Shown piece by piece: positions 10,298 through 19,598 of a stretch of 64,000 bases of DNA. Origin of the DNA: Paracoccaceae bacterium (GTDB taxonomy: Bacteria; Pseudomonadota; Alphaproteobacteria; Rhodobacterales; Rhodobacteraceae); the NCBI GenBank assembly GCA_902635985.1, contig CACPPZ010000001.1, positions 23,781 to 87,780 of the forward strand. Direction: 5' to 3'. Position 1 is the stretch's first letter, and each line of letters opens with the position of its first letter. A program made the position numbers and the translations under genes. The notes under the pieces were generated by a model. That model made no database searches. It had not been told where the DNA came from and was given only the letters and a program-made list of their open reading frames with translations.

Positions 10298-12019
10298 ATG
10301 CCAACGCGCGCTCCTGTTTCTGAATTTGAATTTATTCTAGATCATATTATTGATTATGAACAAATCATTAAAACATCAAGGTTCAAAGACACAGGTTCGG
10401 AATTGGTATCTCAAATTCTCAGTGAGGCTGCCCGCATGTGTGATGATGTTTTGTCTCCTTTAAACAGGGTAGGCGATTTGCACCCAGCAATTTTAAGCAA
10501 TGGTGTTGTTAAAACCTCGCCTGGTTTTGGTGATGGATATCATGCTGTAGCTGAAGGGGGGTGGATTTCTACGTCAGCATCTCCAGAGTTTGGTGGTATG
10601 GGATTGCCGCAAACGGTGACGGCTTGCGTAAACGAGATGATGGCTGCGGCTTGCCTTTCCTTACAGTTAAACCCCTTGATGACACAAGGACAGATTGAAG
10701 CAATTGAAAACCATGCTGATGATGAGATTAAGTCGTTATACTTGCCAAAACTTATTTCAGGTGAGTGGTGTGGTACTATGAATTTAACAGAGCCACATGC
10801 GGGTTCTGATGTAGGGGCTTTGTCCACAAAAGCAGAGCCAAACGGAGATGGCTCCTATGCGATAACTGGACAGAAGATATACATTTCTTGGGCGGACAAT
10901 GATTTTACAGAAAACGTAATTCACCTTGTTTTAGCAAGGCTTCCTGACTCAATCCCTGGTCCGAAAGGCATATCACTTTTTCTTGTTCCCAAAAAGCTTC
11001 CAGATATCAATGGTAAAGCTGGGGTCTCCAATAAATTAAAAGTTGTTAGCCTGGAACACAAGATGGGGCTCCATGGAAGCCCAACTGCGGTCATGCAGTA
11101 TGAAGGTGCTACTGGCTGGCTTATTGGACAGCCAAACGATGGATTGCGCGCAATGTTTACTATGATGAACAACGCACGGTTGGGTGTTGGGGGTCAGGGT
11201 ATAGGCGTTGCTGAAGCAGCTTTTCAGCACGCCACAGATTATGCATTGAACCGAAAGCAAGGTAAGGCAACTGTTCCCAATGCACATGGCACAATTATTG
11301 ATCACGCGGATGTTCGGCGCATGTTAATTTCAATGCGTGCGGATATTTTTGCTTCTCGGTCACTTGAATTAGAAAATGCAAAAGCAATCGATATGGCAAA
11401 CGCAACGGGCGAAACAGAGTGGGTCAACCGGGCTGCCTTTTTAACTCCTATCACCAAAGTTTTTGGCACTGAGATTGGTGTTAATATATCTTATCTCGGA
11501 GTTCAGATTCACGGTGGCATGGGCTTCATTGAAGAAACTGGCGCAGCACAATTCAGCCGAGATGTCAGAGTAACTGCTATTTATGAAGGAACAAATGGGA
11601 TTCAAGCTATGGATTTAGTTGGCAGGAAAATGATGGATAATGGTGAAACAGCATATGCAATTATTAACGAAATAAAAGAATACATCGATAATTTATCAAT
11701 AATGAAAAGAGACCTAGCTGAACTTGTCGCTATTGCTAATGAAACACTTAGTGAAACCGTTGACTACTTTATATCGAGGAAAGATGTATCAGATCGTTTC
11801 GGTGGAGCTATGCCTTTTCTAATGGGATATGCGAGGGTTTTAGGTGGGTTTTATCATCTAAAAGCCGCAGTTGCGGAGGGAGGCACTGGATCTCGGACTA
11901 AATTAGCTGAATTCTATATTCGTAGAATATTGCCAGAGGCAATGTCTTTTCTGGCTGCTGCAAGAAGTAATTCCGAAGAAATTTATAATCTTTCTATAGA
12001 TGAGTTAGTTGGGTCATGA
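10298..12019 (+). CDS. Acyl-CoA dehydrogenase (long, DmdC-like subfamily)
   Basis: GTMNLTEPHAGSD, EHKMGLHGSPT, GVQIHGGMGF and IYEGTNGIQ motifs. Confidence 0.9.
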   Translation: MPTRAPVSEFEFILDHIIDYEQIIKTSRFKDTGSELVSQILSEAARMCDDVLSPLNRVGDLHPAILSNGVVKTSPGFGDGYHAVAEGGWISTSASPEFGGMGLPQTVTACVNEMMAAACLSLQLNPLMTQGQIEAIENHADDEIKSLYLPKLISGEWCGTMNLTEPHAGSDVGALSTKAEPNGDGSYAITGQKIYISWADNDFTENVIHLVLARLPDSIPGPKGISLFLVPKKLPDINGKAGVSNKLKVVSLEHKMGLHGSPTAVMQYEGATGWLIGQPNDGLRAMFTMMNNARLGVGGQGIGVAEAAFQHATDYALNRKQGKATVPNAHGTIIDHADVRRMLISMRADIFASRSLELENAKAIDMANATGETEWVNRAAFLTPITKVFGTEIGVNISYLGVQIHGGMGFIEETGAAQFSRDVRVTAIYEGTNGIQAMDLVGRKMMDNGETAYAIINEIKEYIDNLSIMKRDLAELVAIANETLSETVDYFISRKDVSDRFGGAMPFLMGYARVLGGFYHLKAAVAEGGTGSRTKLAEFYIRRILPEAMSFLAAARSNSEEIYNLSIDELVGS

Positions 12020-13049
12020 AGTGACTGTTCACTATCCTTGGGATGCTGCTCCTGAATTTGCTCAACCTTTAAAAGTTGCTGATGGAATTTTCTGGTTTCG
12101 GGTGCCTCTACCGATGCCCCTCGATCACGTAAACGTATACGTGCTTGAAGATAACAATGGATGGACCGTTGTTGATACAGGTCTGTCAACAAAAAAAACA
12201 AAAGAAATGTGGCAAAGAATTTTTTCTGGTCCTTTGGCCGGTAAAAAAGTTCATAGATTAATTGTCACGCACCATCATCCAGACCATGTGGGTTTGGCTG
12301 GGTGGTTTCAAAAAGAATATGGTGTAGCGCTATGGATGACTCGCACAGCCTGGCTGACCGCCCGTATGCTATGTTTAGATGAGCAAAAGATACCGCCACC
12401 TGAAACGTTAGAGTTCTGGCGTAAAGCAGGGATGCGCCCAGATATTATCGAGGAGCGCCAGAGTGGAAAACCGTTTAATTTTGCCGATGCCGTATCTGCT
12501 TTACCACTTGGGTTTCGGCGCATTTTGGATAATGAAGAGATAAAGATAGGAGATAGGATTTGGAAGGTGAGGGTTGGAAATGGTCATGCGCCCGAGCATG
12601 CCACCCTTTGGTCCAAATCTAATGATATCGTAATTGCTGGGGATCAAATTATTTCATCTATAAGTCCTAATTTAGGTGTTTATGCAACAGAACCCAACGC
12701 TAATCCCGTAAAGGAGTGGATTGACAGTTGTCATAAGCTGAGTGCGTTTGCCACGGACGATCACCTTACTTTGTCTGGTCATAAGCTGCCATTTACTGGG
12801 TTAAAATTCCGCTTAAATCAAATGGTTGAAAATCATGAACTTGCACTTGATCGCCTCATTGATTTCTTAGAAAAGCCACATACTGCTGAAGAGTGCTTTA
12901 GTGTTTTGTTTGGCAAAAGCATTCAAAAGTCGGAATATGGTTTGGCGTTAGTGGAGGCAGTTGCACATGTTAATTACCTTCATTTAGAAGGGAAGATAAC
13001 TAGACTCGTAGACAAAAACGGTGCCTACAGATACCAAAGATTAAGATAA
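12009..13049 (+). CDS. MBL-fold metallo-hydrolase
   Basis: THHHPDH (HxHxDH), GHAPEH and GD motifs; overlaps the acyl-CoA dehydrogenase stop. Confidence 0.88.
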   Translation: MGHEVTVHYPWDAAPEFAQPLKVADGIFWFRVPLPMPLDHVNVYVLEDNNGWTVVDTGLSTKKTKEMWQRIFSGPLAGKKVHRLIVTHHHPDHVGLAGWFQKEYGVALWMTRTAWLTARMLCLDEQKIPPPETLEFWRKAGMRPDIIEERQSGKPFNFADAVSALPLGFRRILDNEEIKIGDRIWKVRVGNGHAPEHATLWSKSNDIVIAGDQIISSISPNLGVYATEPNANPVKEWIDSCHKLSAFATDDHLTLSGHKLPFTGLKFRLNQMVENHELALDRLIDFLEKPHTAEECFSVLFGKSIQKSEYGLALVEAVAHVNYLHLEGKITRLVDKNGAYRYQRLR

Positions 13050-13132
13050 ATTGTGGCAATTTTCATCTAACTTACGGGTGACAACTAGTTTAAAGTTCGT
13101 TAAAAATACTCTTGTATTGGAAGGGATGTAAA

Positions 13133-13270
13133 ATGGCTCAAGAACACAAACATGGCGCAATGGACACTGAAGTGCAGGAAAAAACATTTGCTGGGTTCAT
13201 AAATTGGACCACTAAGACAGTGATTATATGCATTTTAGCCCTTGTTTTTATAGCTTTAGTTAATGGATAG
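13133..13270 (+). CDS. aa3-type cytochrome c oxidase subunit IV (45 aa; not in ORF track)
   Basis: Manual translation MAQEHKHGAMDTEVQEKTFAGFINWTTKTVIICILALVFIALVNG: HG.MD...QEKTF.GF motif plus one TM helix; purine-rich RBS (GAAGGGA) upstream. Confidence 0.88.
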   Translation: MAQEHKHGAMDTEVQEKTFAGFINWTTKTVIICILALVFIALVNG

Positions 13271-13372
13271 AAATTTAAGCTTCTCTTACCACAGGAAATA
13301 AGTACTCTTGCTACCAATTATGGTGGTTTCGGTTTTATCTATCGTCGTCTAACTGCGTATATACAAAATCGA

Positions 13373-13410
13373 TTTTATTGTGAGTTATAAAAGATATGCT
13401 CATAATAAAA
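13373..13410. repeat. Intergenic inverted repeat (possible terminator or regulatory hairpin) upstream of fdhD
   Basis: TTTTATTGTGAG (13373-13384) pairs with CTCATAATAAAA (13399-13410) with one G-U pair; AT-rich. Confidence 0.4.
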
Positions 13411-13463
13411 AAACATCATAACCTAGTTTATAAACAGAGTTTTGATCAACTGGACAGTTTGGT

Positions 13464-14315
13464 TTGACAAAAAAAGATTTACTCCAAGGATATATGATCG
13501 CGCCTAATCCAGATGGTGTGAATTTAACCAAAACCGTTGAAGGTTTAGATCATTTTGGAAATACCGTTGTTAGTCAGGTTATTGAGGAAAAGCCACTAAC
13601 AATTTATCTAAATAGCCAAGAAATTGTAACGGCGATGACAATAGGCGATTACCCTGAGTACTTGGCATTGGGGTTTCTAAGAAACCAAGGAATGCTCGAC
13701 GGATTAAACACTGTATCATCTGTGGATTATGACGAGGACTTATCCGTGGTTGTTGTACGAACCAAAACAGAAACTAGTTTTGAGGACAAGTTAAAGAAAA
13801 AAACGAGAACCAGTGGTTGTGCTGTAGGAACAGTCTTTGGCGATATGATGGAAGGTTTGGAAGGTTTGAAACTTCCCGCAAGCTCTCTTCGTATTTCTTG
13901 GCTTTACGATTTATCCAATAAAATAAATCAGACGCCGTCTCTTTATCTGGCTGCTGGTGCAATACATGGCACCGTTTTGTGCGAGCAAAATCAAGCCTTA
14001 GTCTATATGGAGGATGTTGGTAGGCACAACGCCGTTGATAAAATTGCAGGATGGATGGCGTCCAATGATGTTAGTGGTAGTGATAAGATACTTTATACAA
14101 CTGGAAGATTAACATCGGAGATGGTGATTAAAACTGCACAAATGGGCATACCAATCTTAGTATCTCGCTCGGGATTTACGGCATGGGGTGTTGAAATTGC
14201 ACATAAGGTTGGTTTGACGCTAATTGGTCGAATGAGAGGTCAAAGATTTACTTGTTTGGCGGGGTCTAATCGTCTTATTTGGGATGTTGGTGACGAGAAC
14301 GGTGATGACGAATAG
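13464..14315 (+). CDS. fdhD: Formate dehydrogenase accessory sulfurtransferase
   Basis: TSGCAVG, EDVGRHNAVDK and TGRLTSEMV motifs. Confidence 0.92.
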   Translation: MTKKDLLQGYMIAPNPDGVNLTKTVEGLDHFGNTVVSQVIEEKPLTIYLNSQEIVTAMTIGDYPEYLALGFLRNQGMLDGLNTVSSVDYDEDLSVVVVRTKTETSFEDKLKKKTRTSGCAVGTVFGDMMEGLEGLKLPASSLRISWLYDLSNKINQTPSLYLAAGAIHGTVLCEQNQALVYMEDVGRHNAVDKIAGWMASNDVSGSDKILYTTGRLTSEMVIKTAQMGIPILVSRSGFTAWGVEIAHKVGLTLIGRMRGQRFTCLAGSNRLIWDVGDENGDDE

Positions 14316-14928
14316 GCCACCTTCAGTCATTTTAGCTGGCGGCCTTGCACGTCGCATGGGTGGGGGACACAAGTCGATGCTAAAGATCGACGGAGTGCCG
14401 ATGTTAGATCATGTGATCCAGCGGTTAAAGCCGCAAGTTTCTAAAATTGCGCTCAATGTCAATGGCGATGCTTCTAAGTTTTCTGGCTATAATCTACCTA
14501 CTTTTGCAGATACTATACCAGGCTTCTTAGGCCCTTTAGCTGGTATTTTGTCTGGGTTGCGCTGGGCTCAGAATTTAAACGCCGATTGTTTAATTTCAGT
14601 AGCAGCTGACACTCCTTTCTTTCCGGAAAACTTAGTTGAAAAGTTAGCAAATAATACTGCCGATATGAATGAGCCCCTCGCTTTGGCTTTTACAAGAGAT
14701 GAAAAAGGAAAAGTCCTTAGACACCCCACTTTTGGTATTTGGCCGGTATCACTTGCTGATAACCTAGAGAATGCTCTTCTAAAAGGGTTGAGAAAAATTG
14801 TCCTTTGGGTTGATCAAAATGATGGTAGAGGTGTTGAATTTGATCAATGTCTCTTTGATCCATTCTTCAATGTAAACTCGCCTGACGATTTAGTAGAGGC
14901 AGAGCGACTTATTGGAATGACAAAATGA
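14305..14928 (+). CDS. mobA: Molybdenum cofactor guanylyltransferase
   Basis: ILAGGLARRMGG, GPLAGI, DTPF and FFNVNSPDD motifs; start taken at ATG 14305. Confidence 0.93.
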   Translation: MTNRPPSVILAGGLARRMGGGHKSMLKIDGVPMLDHVIQRLKPQVSKIALNVNGDASKFSGYNLPTFADTIPGFLGPLAGILSGLRWAQNLNADCLISVAADTPFFPENLVEKLANNTADMNEPLALAFTRDEKGKVLRHPTFGIWPVSLADNLENALLKGLRKIVLWVDQNDGRGVEFDQCLFDPFFNVNSPDDLVEAERLIGMTK

Positions 14929-15425
14929 AAATATTTGGCGTAACAGGTTGGAAAAATTCTGGGAAAACAGGACTTGTCGAGAGACTGGTAGCTGAGTTTA
15001 TATATAGAGGGTTGAGTGTATCGACTGTGAAGCATGCACATCATACTTTTGATGTTGATCATCCTGGAAGAGATAGTTACCGCCATAGGGTCGCTGGAGC
15101 AAAAGAAGTGCTACTTGTTTCCAAAAATAGATGGGCAATAATGCATGAATTGAGGGATGAAGATGAACCAAATCTAGCAGAAATATTAACAAAAATTGAG
15201 AAAGTTGATTTGGTTATAATTGAGGGGTTTAAACGAGACAGGCATCCAAAAATAGAAGCATTTCGAGAAGAAACGAAGACTCCTGTTATTGCATTACAAG
15301 ACGATACTATCGTTGCAGTAGCAGCTAGTTCATCCCTGACTGATCTTAGCATACCGGTGTTTGATTTAGATAGCACTTCGGAGATAGCAGATTTCATTTC
15401 AAACTTTTTAGATTTAAATGTTTGA
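14925..15425 (+). CDS. mobB: Molybdopterin-guanine dinucleotide biosynthesis protein B
   Basis: Walker A GWKNSGKT; KHAHH.FD.D.PG.DS; EGFK. Confidence 0.94.
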   Translation: MKIFGVTGWKNSGKTGLVERLVAEFIYRGLSVSTVKHAHHTFDVDHPGRDSYRHRVAGAKEVLLVSKNRWAIMHELRDEDEPNLAEILTKIEKVDLVIIEGFKRDRHPKIEAFREETKTPVIALQDDTIVAVAASSSLTDLSIPVFDLDSTSEIADFISNFLDLNV

Positions 15426-16305
15426 TCGTGTGTATGCTATAGACTGGTCAGCAAGCTCTCGGCCAAGTCCCAAAAAGCCATCTCCAGATTCCATTTTTAT
15501 TGCTCAAAAAGACTTTGAAAATACAATATATCATCCAAAATATTTTAGGACCCGTATGTCGGCTTATGAATATTTGAGGGGTCAGCTTAAAGACAATATT
15601 GCACAAGGCAAGCGCCAGTTAGTGGGGTTTGACTTCTCATTTGGTTTTCCAACAGGTTTTTTATCAAACTTAGTAGGAGCGCAGAATATGCGGTTTCTTT
15701 GGAAGTGGTTCTTTGATGAGATACTAGATGATCATGAAAATTCAAATAATAGATTTTTAGTGGCAGACAAAATAAATTCACTATGTAACGGCATTGGCCC
15801 ATTCTGGGGTTGTCCTGTAAACCTAAAGCTGCCAAATGTGCCGGCCAAAGGAACGGAATGTAAAGAGCATGATTTTCCAAAATTTCGATTGTGCGAGCAA
15901 TTCACCGCGGCGCAACCTGTCTGGAAGCTCTATACTACCGGGGCGGTAGGCTCGCAGACTTTACTAGGTTTGCCATACTTACATCGTTTAGCAGTAGAAT
16001 TTGGTAACGAAATAGCTTTCTGGCCATTTGATAATGAAGCATTGTTGGCGAACAATAAAATTGTTGTCTGTGAGATTTATCCAAGTATGTTCTTTGACAG
16101 TCATGCGCAAAAAAAATTAATCAATTTGTATCCAGATCAACAGTATAAAATAAAGGACGCGTCTCAAGTGCAAATAATGGTTGATGTATTATTACATTCT
16201 TCTAAAAAGCCTTGGTTTAAATCATACTTAGACCTTCGTAATTATTCTGAAAAAATAAGAGAAGAGGGCTGGATTTTTGGTCAAAGAATTGAGGGTGGTT
16301 TATGA
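15418..16305 (+). CDS. Uncharacterised protein with predicted RNase H-like (DUF429-like) fold, inside the Moco operon
   Basis: AIDWSA, GFDFSFGFP, GAVGSQ, EIYPS and EEGWI motifs; overlaps mobB and moeA. Confidence 0.65.
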   Translation: MFDRVYAIDWSASSRPSPKKPSPDSIFIAQKDFENTIYHPKYFRTRMSAYEYLRGQLKDNIAQGKRQLVGFDFSFGFPTGFLSNLVGAQNMRFLWKWFFDEILDDHENSNNRFLVADKINSLCNGIGPFWGCPVNLKLPNVPAKGTECKEHDFPKFRLCEQFTAAQPVWKLYTTGAVGSQTLLGLPYLHRLAVEFGNEIAFWPFDNEALLANNKIVVCEIYPSMFFDSHAQKKLINLYPDQQYKIKDASQVQIMVDVLLHSSKKPWFKSYLDLRNYSEKIREEGWIFGQRIEGGL

Positions 16306-17561
16306 AGAAACCACCGCCACTGACGAACGATTGCTTCGCGTTGCCTCAAGGAACCAATTGGACCCCAGTAGATGAAGCCCTAGAACATTTAAAATCAGCT
16401 TCAAAGTGTTTGGTTGGGAAGCAGCAGTTGTGCCCGGTAGATGCCATAGGGAGAGTTTTGGCCACGAATATTCATGCTGGTTCCAGCAGCCCACCTTATT
16501 TAAATTCTGCCGTTGATGGTTACGCAGTTAATTCAAGAGATTTGAAAAAAAGTGACCTAATAAGCCTTGTAATTTTGCCTGGAAGAGCCGCTGCAGGGCA
16601 TCCATACTCTGGGAAAATTAAAGAAGGTGAGGCTCTTACAATATATACTGGCGCGAAAATGCCCATTGGAGCTGATACGGTTGTTATAAAAGAAGACACT
16701 GTTTCTGAAAAAAATAAGGTAAAGTTTTATGGACCAATTAAGGCTGGATCGAATACTCGAGATTTGGGAGAGGATGTTGAGGAAAATGCATTAATACTCC
16801 AAAAAGGGAAAAGAGTTACACCAGGTGATATTGCGTTGATGGTGTCTACGGGTGTTTCTTCTATCACTGTATATTCAAAGCTGAAGGTTGGGATATTTTC
16901 GACTGGTGATGAAGTGATCAATTCAGGTATCAAACTGGCTGATGGGCAAGTATTTGATTCTAACCGTCCGCTTTTACTCTCACTCTTAGTTCAGTGGGGC
17001 TTTGATGTAATAGATTTTGGTATTCTCAGAGACAACAGGAAAGATATTGAGAGCACTTTAGAACAAACAAGTAAAAAAGTAGATGTAATTATAACTTCAG
17101 GTGGCGCGTCAGCAGGGCAGGAAGATTATATGTCCGCCATACTAACACAAAATGATAGCCTTTCGGTTTGGCGCATTGCAGTAAAACCGGGTCGCCCACT
17201 GATACTAGCTGTTTATAACGGTAAGCCAGTTTTTGGGTTGCCTGGCAATCCAGTGGCGGCAGGAACATGTGCTATGGTTTTTGCTAAGCCAGCATTAAAC
17301 GTTTTTTCAGGTAGGAATTGGTTGGAGCCGCTATCATTTGAATTGCCTGCTAACTTTGCTAAATCCAAGAAGGCCGGTCGCCGTGAATTCCTAAGAGCAA
17401 GAGTTCGGAATGGGAAAGTAGATATTTTTAAATCGGAGGGATCTGGACGAATAAGTGGTCTCTCGTGGGCAGAGGGTTTTGTGGATCTACCAGAGCATGA
17501 ATTATCTATAACACCCGGTGAAAATGTGAAATTTATCCCATTTTCGTCCTATATGGATTAG
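16302..17561 (+). CDS. moeA: Molybdopterin molybdotransferase (gephyrin-like)
   Basis: SAVDGYA, TGA.MP.GAD.V, STGDE, SGGAS.G..D, KPGRP and GLPGNP motifs. Confidence 0.95.
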   Translation: MKKPPPLTNDCFALPQGTNWTPVDEALEHLKSASKCLVGKQQLCPVDAIGRVLATNIHAGSSSPPYLNSAVDGYAVNSRDLKKSDLISLVILPGRAAAGHPYSGKIKEGEALTIYTGAKMPIGADTVVIKEDTVSEKNKVKFYGPIKAGSNTRDLGEDVEENALILQKGKRVTPGDIALMVSTGVSSITVYSKLKVGIFSTGDEVINSGIKLADGQVFDSNRPLLLSLLVQWGFDVIDFGILRDNRKDIESTLEQTSKKVDVIITSGGASAGQEDYMSAILTQNDSLSVWRIAVKPGRPLILAVYNGKPVFGLPGNPVAAGTCAMVFAKPALNVFSGRNWLEPLSFELPANFAKSKKAGRREFLRARVRNGKVDIFKSEGSGRISGLSWAEGFVDLPEHELSITPGENVKFIPFSSYMD

Positions 17562-17669
17562 TTTTCCGTCAGTGTTTTTTGCTGTCTATAAATTTTTTAT
17601 GTGTATGTGCTTTGAAAGCTGGACAATTTTTATCTCATATGAAAAACGATGCGGATTAGGAGACTTCAA

Positions 17670-18995
17670 ATGACAACAACACGTTTTGCACCTTCTCCCA
17701 CCGGATATTTGCATATCGGGAACTTACGTGCGGCATTAATGAATTTTTTAATAGCCAGAAAGTCTCAGGGGGAGTTTATTTTAAGAATAGATGATACTGA
17801 TGCAGAACGATCGAAGCAGGAGTTCATCGATTCAATATTGTTTGATTTGGACTGGCTTGGATTACATTGGGATAGAATTGAATATCAGTCAAAAAGGCTG
17901 GAGAGGTATTTAAGCAATGCTGAAAATCTAAAGGAGATCGGCAGATTATACGAATGTTTTGAAACACCTACTGAATTAGATTTAAAAAGAAAAAAATTGC
18001 TCAATATGGGGAAACCACCTGTTTATGACAGAGCTTCTTTAAATCAGACCGAAGATGAAAAACTTGCACTTAGAGCGAACCGTGGCTCAGGGCATTGGAG
18101 ATTTCTACTAGATCACGAAAGAGTTACATGGACCGATGGTATACTTGGTGACATCTCAATCGATGCTGCTTCAGTATCTGATCCAGTTCTAATTAGAGGT
18201 GACGGCCAATTTCTGTATACTTTGGCTTCAGTAGTAGACGATATAGAAATGGGTGTTACAGATATTGTGCGTGGGGCTGATCATGTTACAAACACCGCCA
18301 TGCAGATCCAAATAATGAAAGTACTAGGAACCTCAGCTCCAAACTTTGCACATCACTCATTGCTTATTGGATCACAGGGAGAATCGTTGTCAAAAAGGTT
18401 TGGAACGATGGCGCTGAAGGATTTACGGGCTTCTGGATTAGAGCCATTTTCAATAATATCTTTAATTGCAAGGCTTGGGTCGAGCCAGCCTGTGGAATTA
18501 TATTCTGATTTTGAAGAAGTGGCAGCAGGATTTGATTTATCAAATTTTGGCTCTGCACCCACAAAGTTTGATCTAAATGATCTGAAACCTTTAACACAAC
18601 GCTTTATTCAAAATTTGCCATTTGAAGCAATAGAAGATGATTTAATAAGTGCTGGTGTACCTTCTACTTTAGCAAAACCTTTTTGGGATGTTGTCCGAGA
18701 AAATATTAAGAAGCGCTCTGATTTAGCTGCGTGGTGGATAATTTGCAAAGAGGGTGCAGAACCACTTATTGACGAGGAAGATAAAGAATTCGTCAAAGAA
18801 GCTTTGACCTTACTGCCCTCACAGCCATTTACATCAGAGACATGGGGTCAATGGACTGCATCAGTTAAAGAGAAAACGGGTAGAAAAGGTAAAAATTTGT
18901 TTATGCCTCTCAGAAAGGCACTAACGGGAAAAGAACATGGACCTGATATGTCGGCGTTTTTACCCTTCCTACAAATAATAAAGGCAAAGGTATAA
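17670..18995 (+). CDS. gltX: Glutamate--tRNA ligase
   Basis: RFAPSPTGYLHIGN (HIGH), LRIDDTD and LSKR (KMSKS-like) motifs; AGGAG RBS before ATG 17670. Confidence 0.95.
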   Translation: MTTTRFAPSPTGYLHIGNLRAALMNFLIARKSQGEFILRIDDTDAERSKQEFIDSILFDLDWLGLHWDRIEYQSKRLERYLSNAENLKEIGRLYECFETPTELDLKRKKLLNMGKPPVYDRASLNQTEDEKLALRANRGSGHWRFLLDHERVTWTDGILGDISIDAASVSDPVLIRGDGQFLYTLASVVDDIEMGVTDIVRGADHVTNTAMQIQIMKVLGTSAPNFAHHSLLIGSQGESLSKRFGTMALKDLRASGLEPFSIISLIARLGSSQPVELYSDFEEVAAGFDLSNFGSAPTKFDLNDLKPLTQRFIQNLPFEAIEDDLISAGVPSTLAKPFWDVVRENIKKRSDLAAWWIICKEGAEPLIDEEDKEFVKEALTLLPSQPFTSETWGQWTASVKEKTGRKGKNLFMPLRKALTGKEHGPDMSAFLPFLQIIKAKV

Positions 18996-19051
18996 ATTTT
19001 AATTCTGAACAACTTCTTGTAAAAATCTACCGTAGATTCGGAACATAGCCT

Positions 19052-19318
19052 TTAAAGATTTTGTTTTGGATCAGTTTGATAATTTGTCTTCCATTCTTTC
19101 ATAGTCATCCCGTAGAATAGTTCCCGAGCTTGTTCCTTATCCATAGACACTCCGCGCTCGTTGGCCGCTTCTTGGTACCACCTTGCAAGACAATTTCGAC
19201 AAAAACCTGCTAAATTCATTAAATCAATGTTTTGAACATCAGTGCGCTTTTCCATTAGATGGTTTTTTAATGAGCGAAATGCAGCAGCTTCTATTTCAAG
19301 TTTTGTTTGATCGTCCAT
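19052..19318 (-). CDS. DUF1244 family protein
   Basis: EAAAFR..., DVQNIDLMNLAGFCRNCL and YGM motifs; GGAG RBS before ATG 19318. Confidence 0.88.
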   Translation of the reverse strand: MDDQTKLEIEAAAFRSLKNHLMEKRTDVQNIDLMNLAGFCRNCLARWYQEAANERGVSMDKEQARELFYGMTMKEWKTNYQTDPKQNL

Positions 19319-19549
19319 TTCTGTCTCCCGCTCGGTATATAGTTTCAAAATTATCCCTAAAATTTAATAATAACTAAAGCACTTAACTTCTCTATATACA
19401 ATTATTTGAAGAAACCATAAACAATCTCTTAGTGGACTATTTTAGTAATTTTATTATTGAGAGTTTATTTGTAAGAATTGTAAATTTTTACAATTTCTCT
19501 GCATATATCAATGTTGCACTGAATACTATAATAGTTCATAGAGGCCTTA

Positions 19550-19563
19550 TGTTATCGCTAACA
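19550..19563. promoter_or_regulatory. Candidate LacI-family (GntR-type) operator upstream of pyk
   Basis: TGTTATCGCTAACA: near-perfect 14-bp palindrome with central CG, 35 bp before the pyk ATG. Confidence 0.6.
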
Positions 19564-19598
19564 ATTCTTAGTGATCCTAATGCTATGAAGGAAAGTTA

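Noticed and set aside
13464-14315. Formate dehydrogenase locus or Moco riboswitch
   Set aside because: Only the accessory fdhD is present. The upstream hairpin is a simple AT-rich stem without recognisable riboswitch architecture.
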